Source: Antedon mediterranea
Taxonomy: Eukaryota > Animalia > Echinodermata
DNA length: 64,000 bases
Assembly (NCBI RefSeq): GCF_964355755.1
Contig: NC_092678.1
Location: 10,166,352 to 10,230,351 of the forward strand
Direction: 5' to 3'
Positions within the stretch are counted from its first letter, which is position 1; the number at the start of each line of letters is the position of its first letter. The notes under the pieces are model-generated. The model was not told the DNA's origin, did no database searches, and worked only from the letters and a program-made list of their open reading frames with translations. This document shows positions 33,901-48,785 of this stretch, in pieces. The position numbers and the translations under genes are program-made.

Positions 33901-36900
33901 TGAAAAGTTTTAACGAAAAGCTCAAAATGGTCTAAAACGGTTCTAATGTGATTTTAAGCACTTTGATGTTTTTGTACAACCAAGTTTCATCGAAATGCTC
34001 AAAATGGTCTAAAACGTTTTTAAAACGATATTAAGCTATTTTGTGCTCTTTGATGTTTTTGTGTAACCAAGTTTTTTTCGAAAATCACAAAATGGTCTAA
34101 AACGTCTCCAAATGCGATTTGAAGCTTTTCTAAGCACTTTGGTGTTTTTATGTTAACAAGTTTTTTCGAAAATCGCAAAATGGTCTAAAACGTCTCAAAA
34201 TGCGATTTGAAGGTATTCTGAGCACTTTGGTGTTTTTGTGTGAAAAGTTTTAACGAAATGCTCAAAATGGTCTAAAACGGTTTCTAATGTGATTTTAACC
34301 ACTTTGATGTTTTTGTGTAACCAAGTTCTTTTCGAAAATCACAAAATGGTCTAAAACGTCTCCAAATGCGATTTGAAGCTTTTCTAAGCACTTTGGTGTT
34401 TTTATGTTAACAAGTTTTTTCGAAAATCACAAAATGGTCTAAAACGTCTCAAAATGCGATTTGAAGGTATTCTGAGCACTTTGGTGTTTTTGTGTGAAAA
34501 GTTTTAACGAAATGCTCAAAATGGTCTAAAACGGTTTCTAATGTGATTTTAACCACTTTGATGTTTTTGTGTAACCAAGTTTTTTCGAAAATCACAAAAT
34601 GGTCTAAAACGTCTCCAAATGCGATTTGAAGCTTTTCCAAGCACTTTGCTGTTTTTATGTTAACAAGTTTTTTCGAAAATCACAAAATGGTCTAAAACGT
34701 CTCCAAATGCGATTTCAAGGTATTCTGAGCACTTTGGTGTTTTTGTGTGAAAGGTTTTAACGAAATGCTCAAAATGGTCTAAAACGGTTTCTAATGTGAT
34801 TTTAAGCACTTTGATGTTTTTGTATAACCAAGTTTCATCGAAATGCACAAAATGGTCTAAAACGTCTCCAAATGCGATTTGAAGCTTTTCTAAGCACTTT
34901 GCTGTTTTTATGTTAAAAAGTTTTTTCGAAAATCACAAAATGGTCTAAAACGTCTCCAAATGCGATTTGAAGATATTCTGAGCACTTTGGTGTTTTTATG
35001 TTAAAAAGTTTTTTCGAAAATCACAAAATGGTCTAAAACGTCTCCAAATGCGATTTGAAGATATTCTGAGCACTTTGGTGTTTTTATGTTAAAAAGTTTT
35101 TTCGAAAATCACAAAATGGTCTAAAACGTCTCCAAATGCGATTTGAAGCTATTCTGTACACTTTGATGTTTTGTGTGAAAAAGTTTTGTCGAAATGCTCA
35201 AAATGGTCTAAAACGTTTTTAAAACGATATTAAGCTATTTTGTGCTCTTTGATGTTTTTGTGTAACCAAGTTTTATCGAAATGAACAAAATGGTCTAAAA
35301 CGTCTCCAAATGCGATTTGAAGCTTTTCTAAGCACTTTGCTGTTTTTATGTTAACAAGTTTTTTCGAAAATCACAAAATGGTCTAAAACGTCTCCAAATG
35401 CGATTTGAAGATATTCTGAGCACTTTGGTGTTTTTATGTTAAAAAGTTTTTTCGAAAATCACAAAATGGTCTAAAACGTCTCCAAATGCGATTTGAAGCT
35501 ATTCTATACACTTTGATGTTTTGTGTTAAAAAGTTTTGTCGAAATGCTCAAAATGGTTTAAAACGTTTTTAAAACGATATTAAGCTATTTTGTGCTCTTT
35601 GATGTTTTTGTGTAACCAAGTTTCATCGAAATGCGATTTGAAGCTTTTCCAAGCACTTTGCTGTTTTTATGTTAACAAGCTTTTTCGAAAATCACAAAAT
35701 GGTCTAAAACGTCTCCAAATGCGATTTGAAGATATTCTGAGCACTTTGGTGTTTTTATGTTAAAAAGTTTTTTCGAAAATCACAAAATGGTCTAAAACGT
35801 CTCCAAATGCGATTTGAAGATATTCTAAGCACTTTGGTGTTTTTATGTTAACAAGTTTTTTCGAAAATCACAAAATGGTCTAAAACGTCTCCAAATGCGA
35901 TTTGAAGATATTCTGAGCACTTTGGTGTTTTTCTGTTAAAAAGTATTTTCGAAAATCACAAAATGGTCTAAAACGTCTCCAAATGCAATTTGAAGCTATT
36001 CTGTACACTTTGATGTTTTGTGTGAAAAAGTTTTGTCAAAATGCTCAAAATGGTCTAAAACGTTTTTAAAACGATATTAAGCTATTTTGTGCTCTTTGAT
36101 GTTTTTGTATAACCAAGTTTTTTCGAAAATCACAAAATGGTCTAAAACGTCTCCAAATGCGATTTGAAGCTTTTCTAAACACTTTGGTGTTTTTATGTTA
36201 ACAAGTTTTTTCGAAAATCACAAAATGGTCTAAAACGTCTCCAAATCCGATTTGAAGCTATTCTGTACACTTTGATGTTTTGTGTGAAAAAGTTTTGTCG
36301 AAATGCTCAAAATGGTCTAAAACGTTTTTAAAACGATATTAAGCTATTTTGTGCTCTTTGATGTTTTTGTGTAACCAAGTTTCATCGATATGAACAAAAT
36401 GGTCTAAAACGTCTCAAAATGCGATTTGAAGGTATTCTGAGCACTTTGGTGTTTTTGGGTGAAAAGTTTTAACGAAATGCTCAAAATGGTCTAAAACGGT
36501 TTCTAATGTGATTTTAAGCACTTTGAAGTATTTGTAAAAACAAGTTTCATCGAAATGCACAAAATAGTCTAAAACGTCTCCAAATGCGATTTGAAGCTTT
36601 TCTAAGCACTTTGGTGTTTTTATGTTAACAAGTTTTTTCGAAAATCACAAAATGGTCTAAAACGTCTCCAAATGCGATTTGAAGATATTCTGAGCACTTT
36701 GGTGTTTTTATGTTAAAAAGTATTTTCGAAAATCACAAAATGGTCTAAAACGTCTCCAAATGCGATTTGAAGCTCTTCTGTACACTTTGATGTTTTGTGT
36801 GAAAAAGTTTAGTCGAATTGCTCAAAATGGTCTAAAACGTTTTTAAAACGATATTAAGCTATTTTGTGCTCTTTGATGTTTTTGTGTAACCAAGTTTCAT

Positions 36901-37969
36901 CGAAAATCACAAAATGGTCTAAAACGTCTCCAAATGCGATTTGAAGCTTTTCCAAGCACTTTGCTGTTTTTATGTTAACAAGTTTTTTCGAAAATCACAA
37001 AATGGTCTAAAACGTCTCAAAATACGATATTAAGCTGTTTTGTGCACTTTGATGATTTGTGTGAAAAGTTTTAACGAAATGCTCAAAATGGTCTAAAACG
37101 GTTTCTAATGTGATTTTAAGCACTTTGATGTTTTTATGTAGCCAAGTTTTTTCGAAAATCACAAAATGGTCAAAAACGTCTCCAAATGCGATTTGAAGCT
37201 TTTCTAAGCACTTTGGTGTTTTTATGTTAACAAGTTTTTTCGAAAATCACAAAATGGTCTAAAACGTCTCCAAATGCAATTTGAAGCTATTCTGTACACT
37301 TTGATGTTTTGTGTGAAAAAGTTTTGTCAAAATGCTCAAAATGGTCTAAAACGTTTTTAAAACGATATTAAGCTATTTTGTGCTCTTTGATGTTTTTGTA
37401 TAACCAAGTTTTTTCGAAAATCACAAAATGGTCTAAAACGTCTCCAAATGCGATTTGAAGCTTTTCTAAACACTTTGGTGTTTTTATGTTAACAAGTTTT
37501 TTCGAAAATCACAAAATGGTCTAAAACGTCTCCAAATCCGATTTGAAGCTATTCTGTACACTTTGATGTTTTGTGTGAAAAAGTTTTGTCGAAATGCTCA
37601 AAATGGTCTAAAACGTTTTTAAAACGATATTAAGCTATTTTGTGCTCTTTGATGTTTTTGTGTAACCAAGTTTCATCGATATGAACAAAATGGTCTAAAA
37701 CGTCTCAAAATGCGATTTGAAGGTATTCTGAGCACTTTGGTGTTTTTGGGTGAAAAGTTTTAACGAAATGCTCAAAATGGTCTAAAACGGTTTCTAATGT
37801 GATTTTAAGCACTTTGAAGTATTTGTAAAAACAAGTTTCATCGAAATGCACAAAATAGTCTAAAACGTCTTCAAATGCGATTTGAAGCTTTTCTAAGCAC
37901 TTTGGTGTTTTTATGTTAACAAGTTTTTTCGAAAATCACAAAATGGTCTAAAACGTCTCCAAATGCGAT

Positions 37970-40900
37970 TTGAAGATATTCTGAGCACTTTGGTGTTTTT
38001 ATGTTAAAAAGTATTTTCGAAAATCACAAAATGGTCTAAAACGTCTCCAAATGCGATTTGAAGCTCTTCTGTACACTTTGATGTTTTGTGTGAAAAAGTT
38101 TAGTCGAAATGCTCAAAATGGTCTATAACGTTTTTAAAACGATATTAAGCTATTTTGTGCTCTTTGATGTTTTTGTGTAACCAAGTTTCATCGAAAATCA
38201 CAAAATGGTCTAAAACGTCTCCAAATGCGATTTGAAGATATTCTGAGCACTTTGGTGTTTTTATGTTAACAAGTTTTTTCGAAAATCACAAAATGGTCTA
38301 AAACGTCTCCAAATGCGATTTGAAGATATTCTGAGCACTTTGGTGTTTTTATGTTAAAAAGTTTTTTCGAAAATCACAAAATGGTCTAAAACGTCTCCAA
38401 ATGCGATTTGAAGCTATTCTATACACTTTGATGTTTTGTGTTAAAAAGTTTTGTCGAAATGCTCAAAATGGTTTAAAACGTTTTTAAAACGATATTAAGC
38501 TATTTTGTGCTCTTTGATGTTTTTGTGTAACCAAGTTTCATCGAAATGAACAAAATGGTCTAAAACGTCTCCAAATGCGATTTGAAGCTTTTCCAAGCAC
38601 TTTGCTGTTTTTATGTTAACAAGTTTTTTCGAAAATCACAAAATTGTCTAAAACGTCTCAAAATGCGATTTGAAGGTATTCTGAGCACTTTGGTGTTTTT
38701 GTGTGAAAAGTTTTAACGAAAAGCTCAAAATGGTCTAAAACGGTTCTAATGTGATTTTAAGCACTTTGATGTTTTTGTACAACCAAGTTTCATCGAAATG
38801 CTCAAAATGGTCTAAAACGTTTTTAAAACGATATTAAGCTATTTTGTGCTCTTTGATGTTTTTGTGTAACCAAGTTTTTTCGAAAATCACAAAATGGTCT
38901 AAAACGTCTCCAAATGCGATTTGAAGCTTTTCTAAGCACTTTGGTGTTTTTATGTTAACAAGTTTTTTCGAAAATCACAAAATGGTCTAAAACGTCTCCA
39001 AATGCGATTTGAAGATATTCTGAGCACTTTGGTGTTTTTCTGTTAAAAAGTATTTTCGAAAATCACAAAATGGTCTAAAACGTCTCCAAATGCAATTTGA
39101 AGCTATTCTGTACACTTTGATGTTTTGTGTGAAAAAGTTTTGTCAAAATGCTCAAAATGGTCTAAAACGTTTTTAAAACGATATTAAGCTATTTTGTGCT
39201 CTTTGATGTTTTTGTATAACCAAGTTTTTTCGAAAATCACAAAATGGTCTAAAACGTCTCCAAATGCGATTTGAAGCTTTTCTAAACACTTTGGTGTTTT
39301 TATGTTAACAAGTTTTTTCGAAAATCACAAAATGGTCTAAAACGTCTCCAAATCCGATTTGAAGCTATTCTGTACACTTTGATGTTTTGTGTGAAAAAGT
39401 TTTGTCGAAATGCTCAAAATGGTCTAAAACGTTTTTAAAACGATATTAAGCTATTTTGTGCTCTTTGATGTTTTTGTGTAACCAAGTTTCATCGATATGA
39501 ACAAAATGGTCTAAAACGTCTCAAAATGCGATTTGAAGGTATTCTGAGCACTTTGGTGTTTTTGGGTGAAAAGTTTTAACGAAATGCTCAAAATGGTCTA
39601 AAACGGTTTCTAATGTGATTTTAAGCACTTTGAAGTATTTGTAAAAACAAGTTTCATCGAAATGCACAAAATAGTCTAAAACGTCTCCAAATGCGATTTG
39701 AAGCTTTTCTAAGCACTTTGGTGTTTTTATGTTAACAAGTTTTTTCGAAAATCACAAAATGGTCTAAAACGTCTCCAAATGCGATTTGAAGATATTCTGA
39801 GCACTTTGGTGTTTTTATGTTAAAAAGTATTTTCGAAAATCACAAAATGGTCTAAAACGTCTCCAAATGCGATTTGAAGCTCTTCTGTACACTTTGATGT
39901 TTTGTGTGAAAAAGTTTAGTCGAAATGCTCAAAATGGTCTAAAACGTTTTTAAAACGATATTAAGCTATTTTGTGCTCTTTGATGTTTTTGTGTAACCAA
40001 GTTTCATCGAAAATCACAAAATGGTCTAAAACGTCTCCAAATGCGATTTGAAGCTTTTCCAAGCACTTTGCTGTTTTTATGTTAACAAGTTTTTTCGAAA
40101 ATCACAAAATGGTCTAAAACGTCTCAAAATACGATATTAAGCTGTTTTGTGCACTTTGATGATTTGTGTGAAAAGTTTTAACGAAATGCTCAAAATGGTT
40201 TAAAACGGTTTCTAATGTGATTTTAAGCACTTTGATGTTTTTATGTAGCCAAGTTTTTTCGAAAATCACAAAATGGTCAAAAACGTCTCCAAATGCGATT
40301 TGAAGCTTTTCTAAGCACTTTGGTGTTTTTATGTTAACAAGTTTTTTCGAAAATCACAAAATGGTCTAAAACGTCTTCAAATGCGATTTGAAGATATTCT
40401 GAGCACTTTGGTGTTTTTCTGTTAAAAAGTATTTTCGAAAATCACAAAAGGGTCTATAACGTCTCCAAATGCGATTTGAAGCTATTCTAGACACTTTGAT
40501 GTTTTGTGTGAAAAATTTTCTCGAAATGCTCAAAATGGTCTAAAACGTTTTCCAATACCATTATTAAGCTATTTTGTGCAATTTGATGTTTTTGTGTAAC
40601 CAAGTTTTTTGAAATGCGATTTGAAGATATTCTGAGGACTTTGGTGTTTTTATGTTAAAAAGTTTTTTCGAAAATCACAAAATGGTCTAAAACGTCTCCA
40701 AATGCGATTTGAAGATATTCTGAGCACTTTGGTGTTTTTATGTTAAAAAGTTTTTTGGAAAATCACAAAATGGTCTAAAACGACTCCAAATGCGATTTGA
40801 AGCTATCCTGTACACTTTGATGTTTTGTGTGAAAAAGTTTTGTCGAAATGCTCAAAATGATCTAAAACGTTTTTAAAACGATATTAAGCTATTTTGTGCT

Positions 40901-42535
40901 CTTTGATGTTTTTGTGTATCCAAGTTTCATCGAAATGAACAAAATGGTCTAAAACGTTTTTAAATACCATATTAAGCTGTTTTGTGCACTTTGATGATTT
41001 GTGTGAAAAGTTTTAACGAAATGCTCAAAATAGTCTAAAACGGTTTCTAATGTGATTTTAAGCACTTTGATGTTTTTGTGTAACCAAGTTTTATCGAAAT
41101 GAACAAAATGGTCTAAAACGTCTCCAAATGCAATTTGAAGCTTTTCCAAGCACTTTGCTGTTTTTATATTAAGTTTTTTCGAAAATCACAAAATGGTCTA
41201 AAACGTCTCTAAATGCGATTTGAAGGTATTCTGAGCAATTTGGTGTTTTTGTGTGAAAAGTTTTAACGAAATGCTCAAAATTGTCTAAAACGGTTTCTAA
41301 TGTGATTTTAAGCACTTTGATGTTTTTGTAAAACCAAGTTTCATCGAAATGCACAAAATGGTCTAAAACGTCTCCAAATGCGATTTGAAGCTATTCTGTA
41401 CACTTTGATGTTTTGTGTGAAAAAAGTTTTGTCGAAATGCTCAAAATGGTCTAAAACGTTTTTAAAACGATATTAAGCTATTTTGTGCTCTTTGATGTTT
41501 TTGTGTAACCAAGTTTTATCGAAATGAACAAAATGGTCTAAAACGTCTCCAAATGCGATTTGAAGCTTTTCCAAGCACTTTGCTGTTTTTATGTTAACAG
41601 GTTTTTTCGAAAATCACAAAATGGTCTAAAACGTCTCAAAATGCGATTTGAAGGTATTCTGAGCACTTTGGTGTTTTTGTGTGAAAAGTTTTAACGAAAT
41701 GCTCAAAATTGTCTAAAACGGTTTCTAATGTGATTTTAAGCACTTTGATGTTTTTGTAAAACCAAGTTTCATCGAAATGCACAAAATGGTCTAAAATGTC
41801 TCCAAATGCGATTTGAAGCTTTTCCAAGCACTTTGCTGTTTTTATGTTAACAAGCTTTTTCGAAAATCACAAAATGGTCTAAAACGTCTCCAAATGTGAT
41901 TTGAAGATATTCTGAGCACTTTGGTATTTTTATGTTAAAAAGTTTTTTCGAAAATCACAAAATGGTCTAAAACGTCTCCAAATGCGATTTGAAGATATTC
42001 TGAGCACTTTGGTGTTTTTATGTTAAAAAGTTTTTTCGAAAATCACAAAATGGTCTAAAACGTCTCCAAATGCGATTTGAAGCTATTCTGTACACTTTGA
42101 TGTTTTGTGTGAAAAAGTTTTGTCGAAATGCTCAAAATGGTTTAAAACGTTTTTAAAACGATATTAAGCTATTTTGTGCTCTTTGATGTTTTTGTATAAC
42201 CAAGTTTCATCGAAATGCACAAAATGGTCTAAAACGTCTCCAAATACGATTTGAAGCTTTTCCAAGCACTTTGCTGTTTTTATGTTAACAAGTTTTTTCG
42301 AAAATCACAAAATTGTCTAAAACGTCTCAAAATGCGATTTGAAGGTATTCTGAGCACTTTGGTGTTTTTGTGTGAAAAGTTTTAACGAAAAGCTCAAAAT
42401 GGTCTAAAACGGTTCTAATGTGATTTTAAGCACTTTGATGTTTTTGTACAACCAAGTTTCATCGAAATGCTCAAAATGGTCTAAAACGTTTTTAAAACGA
42501 TATTAAGCTATTTTGTGCTCTTTGATGTTTTTGTA
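37970..42535 (+). repeat. ~4.6-kb block duplicated at ~49858-54409 (offset 11888, then 11874 after a 14-bp deletion at ~52440)
   Basis: AAAAGGGTCTATAAC at ~40446 / ~52334. CCAATACCATTATT is present at 40552-40565 and missing at ~52440. ORFs 40949/52823 and 41636/53510. Confidence 0.9.
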
Positions 42536-45500
42536 TAACCAAGTTTTTTCGAAAATCACAAAATGGTCTAAAACGTCTCCAAATGCGATTTGAAGATATT
42601 CTGAGCACTTTGGTGTTTTTATGTTAAAAAGTTTTTTCGAAAATCACAAAATGGTCTAAAACGTCTCCAAATGCGATTTGAAGATATTCTGAGCACTTTG
42701 GTGTTTTTATGTTAAAAAGTTTTTTCGAAAATCACAAAATGGTCTAAAACGTCTCCAAATGCGATTTGAAGCTATTCTATACACTTTGATGTTTTGTGTT
42801 AAAAAGTTTTGTCGAAATGCTCAAAATGGTTTAAAACGTTTTTAAAACGATATTAAGCTATTTTGTGCTCTTTGATGTTTTTGTGTAACCAAGTTTCATC
42901 GAAATGAACAAAATGGTCTAAAACGTCTCCAAATGCGATTTGAAGCTTTTCCAAGCACTTTGCTGTTTTTATGTTAACAAGTTTTTTCGAAAATCACAAA
43001 ATTGTCTAAAACGTCTCAAAATGCGATTTGAAGGTATTCTGAGCACTTTGGTGTTTTTGTGTGAAAAGTTTTAACGAAAAGCTCAAAATGGTCTAAAACG
43101 GTTCTAATGTGATTTTAAGCACTTTGATGTTTTTGTACAACCAAGTTTCATCGAAATGCTCAAAATGGTCTAAAACGTTTTTAAAACGATATTAAGCTAT
43201 TTTGTGCTCTTTGATGTTTTTGTGTAACCAAGTTTTTTCGAAAATCACAAAATGGTCTAAAACGTCTCCAAATGCGATTTGAAGCTTTTCTAAGCACTTT
43301 GGTGTTTTTATGTTAACAAGTTTTTTCGAAAATCACAAAATGGTCTAAAACGTCTCAAAATGCGATTTGAAGGTATTCTGAGCACTTTGGTGTTTTTGTG
43401 TGAAAAGTTTTAACGAAATGCTCAAAATGGTCTAAAACGGTTTCTAATGTGATTTTAACCACTTTGATGTTTTTGTGTAACCAAGTTCTTTTCGAAAATC
43501 ACAAAATGGTCTAAAACGTCTCCAAATGCGATTTGAAGCTTTTCTAAGCACTTTGGTGTTTTTATGTTAACAAGTTTTTTCGAAAATCACAAAATGGTCT
43601 AAAACGTCTCAAAATGCGATTTGAAGGTATTCTGAGCACTTTGGTGTTTTTGTGTGAAAAGTTTTAACGAAATGCTCAAAATGGTCTAAAACGGTTTCTA
43701 ATGTGATTTTAACCACTTTGATGTTTTTGTGTAACCAAGTTTTTTCGAAAATCACAAAATGGTCTAAAACGTCTCCAAATGCGATTTGAAGCTTTTCTAA
43801 GCACTTTGGTGTTTTTATGTTAACAAGTTTTTTCGAAAATCACAAAATGGTCTAAAACGTCTCCAAATGCGATTTGAAGCTATTCTGTACACTTTGATGT
43901 TTTGTGTGAAAAGTTTTAACAAAATGCTGAAAATGGTCTAAAACGTTTTTAAAACGATATTAAGCTATTTTGTGCTCTTTGATGTTTTTGTATAACCAAG
44001 TTTTTTCGAAAATCACAAAATGGTCTAAAACGTCTCCAAATGCGATTTGAAGATATTCTGAGCACTTTGGTGTTTTTATGTTAAAAAGTTTTTTCGAAAA
44101 TCACAAAATGGTCTAAAACGTCTCCAAATGCGATTTGAAGATATTCTGAGCACTTTGGTGTTTTTATGTTAAAAAGTTTTTTCGAAAATCACAAAATGGT
44201 CTAAAACGTCTCCAAATGCGATTTGAAGCTATTCTATACACTTTGATGTTTTGTGTTAAAAAGTTTTGTCGAAATGCTCAAAATGGTTTAAAACGTTTTT
44301 AAAACGATATTAAGCTATTTTGTGCTCTTTGATGTTTTTGTGTAACCAAGTTTCATCGAAATGAACAAAATGGTCTAAAACGTCTCCAAATGCGATTTGA
44401 AGCTTTTCCAAGCACTTTGCTGTTTTTATGTTAACAAGTTTTTTCGAAAATCACAAAATTGTCTAAAACGTCTCAAAATGCGATTTGAAGGTATTCTGAG
44501 CACTTTGGTGTTTTTGTGTGAAAAGTTTTAACGAAAAGCTCAAAATGGTCTAAAACGGTTCTAATGTGATTTTAAGCACTTTGATGTTTTTGTACAACCA
44601 AGTTTCATCGAAATGCTCAAAATGGTCTAAAACGTTTTTAAAACGATATTAAGCTATTTTGTGCTCTTTGATGTTTTTGTGTAACCAAGTTTTTTCGAAA
44701 ATCACAAAATGGTCTAAAACGTCTCCAAATGCGATTTGAAGCTTTTCTAAGCACTTTGGTGTTTTTATGTTAACAAGTTTTTTCGAAAATCACAAAATGG
44801 TCTAAAACGTCTCAAAATGCGATTTGAAGGTATTCTGAGCACTTTGGTGTTTTTGTGTGAAAAGTTTTAACGAAATGCTCAAAATGGTCTAAAACGGTTT
44901 CTAATGTGATTTTAACCACTTTGATGTTTTTGTGTAACCAAGTTCTTTTCGAAAATCACAAAATGGTCTAAAACGTCTCCAAATGCGATTTGAAGCTTTT
45001 CTAAGCACTTTGGTGTTTTTATGTTAACAAGTTTTTTCGAAAATCACAAAATGGTCTAAAACGTCTCCAAATGCGATTTGAAGCTATTCTGTACACTTTG
45101 ATGTTTTGTGTGAAAAGTTTTAACGAAATGCTCAAAATTGTCTAAAACGGTTTCTAATGTGATTTTAAGCACTTTGATGTTTTTGTAAAACCAAGTTTCA
45201 TCGAAATGCACAAAATGGTCTAAAACGTCTCCAAATGCGATTTGAAGCTTTTCCAAGCACTTTGGTGTTTTTATGTTAACAAGGTTTTTCGAAAATCACA
45301 AAATGGTCTAAAACGTCTCCAAATGCGATTTGAAGCTTTTCCAAGCACTTTGCTGTTTTTATGTTAACAAGTTTTTTCGAAAATCACAAAATGGTCTAAA
45401 ACGTCTCAAAATACGATATTAAGCTGTTTTGTGCACTTTGATGATTTGTGTGAAAAGTTTTAACGAAATGCTCAAAATGGTCTAAAACGGTTTCTAATGT

Positions 45501-48500
45501 GATTTTAAGCACTTTGATGTTTTTATGTAGCCAAGTTTTTTCGAAAATCACAAAATGGTCAAAAACGTCTCCAAATGCGATTTGAAGCTTTTCTAAGCAC
45601 TTTGGTTTTTTTATGTTAACAAGTTTTTTCGAAAATCACAAAATGGTCTAAAACGTCTTCAAATGCGATTTGAAGATATTCTGAGCACTTTGGTGTTTTT
45701 CTGTTAAAAAGTATTTTCGAAAATCACAAAATGGCCTAAAACGTCTCCAAATGCGATTTGAAGCTATTCTGTACACTTTGATGTTTTGTGTGAAAAAGTT
45801 TTGTCAAAATGCTCAAAATGGTCTAAAACGTTTTTAAAACGATATTAAGCTATTTTGTGCTCTTTGATGTGTTTGTATAACCAAGTTTTTTCGAAAATCA
45901 CAAAATGGTCTAAAACGTCTCCAAATGCGATTTGAAGCTTTTCCAAGCACTTTGCTGTTTTTATGTTAACAATTTTTTTCGAAAATCATAAAATGGTCTA
46001 AAACGTCTCCAAATGCGATTTGAAGCTATTCTGTACACTTTGATGTTTTGTGTGAAAAGTTTTGTCGAAATGCTCAAAATGGTCTAAAACGTTTTTAAAA
46101 CGATATTAAGCTATTTTGTGCTCTTTGATGTTTTTGTGTAACCAAGTTTCATCGAAATGAGCAAAATGGTCTAAAACGTCTCCAAATGCGATTTGAAGCT
46201 TTTCTAAGCACTTTGGTGTTTTTATGTTAACAAGTTTTTTCGAAAATCACAAAATGGTCTAAAACGTCTCCAAATGCGATTTGAAGATATTCTGAGCACT
46301 TTGCTGTTTTTATGTTAACAAGTTTTTTCGAAAATCACAAAATGGTCTAAAACGTCTCAAAATGCTATTTGAAGGTATTCTGAGCACTTTGGTGTTTTTG
46401 TGTGAAAAGTTTTAACGAAATGCTCAAAATGGTCTAAAACGGTTCTAATGTGATTTTAAGCACTTTGATGTTTTTGTATAACCAAGTTTCATCGAAATGC
46501 TCAAAATGGTCTAAAACGTTTTTAAAACGATATTAAGCTATTTTGTGCTCTTTGATGTTTTTGTGTAACGAAGTTTCATCGAAATGAACAAAATGGTCTA
46601 AAACGTCTCCAAATGCGATTTGAAGCTTTTCCAAGCACTTTGCTGTTTTTATGTTAACAAGTTTTTTCGAAAATCACAAAATGGCCTAAAACGTCTCAAA
46701 ATGCGATTTCAAGGTATTCTGAGCACTTTGGTGTTTTTGTGTGAAAGGTTTTAACGAAATGCTCAAAATGGTCTAAAACGGTTTCTAATGTGATTTAAAG
46801 CACTTTGATGTTTTTGTATAACCAAGTTTCATCGAAATGCACAAAATGGTCTAAAACGTCTCCAAATGCGATTTGAAGCTTTTCTAAGCACTTTGCTGTT
46901 TTTATGTTAACAAGTTTTTTCGAAAATCACAAAATGGTCTAAAACGTCTCCAAATGCGATTTGAAGATATTCTGAGCACTTTGGTGTTTTTATGTTAAAA
47001 AGTTTTTTCGAAAATCACAAAATGGTCTAAAACGTCTCCAAATGCGATTTGAAGATATTCTGAGCACTTTGGTGTTTTTATGTTAACAAGTTTTTTCGAA
47101 AATCACAAAATGGTCTAAAACGTCTCCAAATGCGATTTGAAGCTATTCTGTACACTTTGATGTTTTGTGTGAAAAAGTTTTGTCGAAATGCTCAAAATGG
47201 TCTAAAACGTTTTTAAAACGATATTAAGCTATTTTGTGCTCTTTGATGTTTTTCTGTAACCAAGTTTTATCGAAATGAACAAAATGGTCTAAAACGTCTC
47301 CAAATGCGATTTGAAGCTTTTCCAAGCACTTTGCTGTTTTTATGTTAACAAGTTTTTTCGAAAATCACAAAATGGTCTAAAACGTCTCAAAATGCGATTT
47401 GAAGGTATTCTGAGCACTTTGGTGTTTTTGTGTGAAAAGTTTTAACGAAATGCTCAAAATTGTCTAAAACGGTTTCTAATGTGATTTTAAGCACTTTGAT
47501 GTTTTTGTAAAACCAAGTTTCATCGAAATGAACAAAATGGTCTAAAATGTCTCCAAATGCGATTTGAAGCTTTTCCAAGCACTTTGCTGTTTTTATGTTA
47601 ACAAGCTTTTTCGAAAATCACAAAATGGTCTAAAACGTCTCCAAATGCGATTTGAAGATATTCTGAGCACTTTGGTGTTTTTATGTTAAAAAGTTTTTTC
47701 GAAAATCACAAAATGGTCTAAAACGTCTCCAAATGCAATTTGAAGATATTCTGAGCACTTTGGTGTTTTTATGTTAAAAAGTTTTTTCGAAAATCACAAA
47801 ATGGTCTAAAACGTCTCCAAATGCGATTTGAAGCTATTCTGTACACTTTGATGTTTTGTGTGAAAAAGTTTTGTCGAAATGCTCAAAATGGTTTAAAACG
47901 TTTTTAAAACGATATTAAGTTATTTTGTGCTCTTTGATGTTTTTGTGTAACCAAGTTTCATCGAAATGAACAAAATGGTCTAAAACGTCTCCAAATGCGA
48001 TTTGAAGCTTTTCCAAGCACTTTGCTGTTTTTATGTTAACAAGTTTTTTCGAAAATCACAAAATGGTGTAAAACGTCTCAAAATGCGATTTGAAGGTATT
48101 CTGAGCACTTTGGTGTTTTTGTGTGAAAAGTTTTAACGAAATGCTCAAAATGGTCTAAAACGGTTCTAATGTGATTTTAAGCTATTCTAGACACTTTGAT
48201 GTTTTGTGTGAAAAAGTTTTCTCGAAATGCTCAAAATGGTCTAAAACGTTTTCCAATACCATATTAAGCTATTTTGTGCAATTTGATGTTTTTGTGTAAC
48301 CAAGTTTTTTGAAATGCGATTTGAAGATATTCTGAGGACTCTGGTGTTTTTATGTTAAAAAGTTTTTTCGAAAATCACAAAATGGTCTAAAACGTCTCCA
48401 AATGCGATTTGAAGATATTCTGAGCACTTTGGTGTTTTTATGTTAAAAAGTTTTTTCGAAAATCACAAAATGGTCTAAAACGTCTCCAAATGCGAGTTGA

Positions 48501-48785
48501 AGCTATTCTGTACACTTTGATGTTTTGTGTGAAAAAGTTTTGTCGAAATGCTCAAAATGGTCTAAAACGTTTTTAAAACGATATTAAGCTATTTTGTGCT
48601 CTTTGATGTTTTTGTGTAACCAAGTTTTTTCGAAAATCACAAAATGGTCTAAAACGTCTCCAAATGCGATTTGAAGCTTTTCTAAGCACTTTGGTGTTTT
48701 TATGTTAACAAGTTTTTTCGCAAATCACAAAATTGTCTAAAACGTCTCCAAATGCGATTTGAAGATATTCTGAGCACATTGGTGT
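42475..48785 (+). repeat. At least 6.3-kb block duplicated at ~57690-64000 (offset 15215; the copy runs off the window)
   Basis: Shared chimeric junction TTTTAACAAAATGCTGAAA (43920 / 59135). ORFs 45056/60271 and 47387/62602. The window ends in GCACATTGGTGT, matching 48774-48785. Confidence 0.93.
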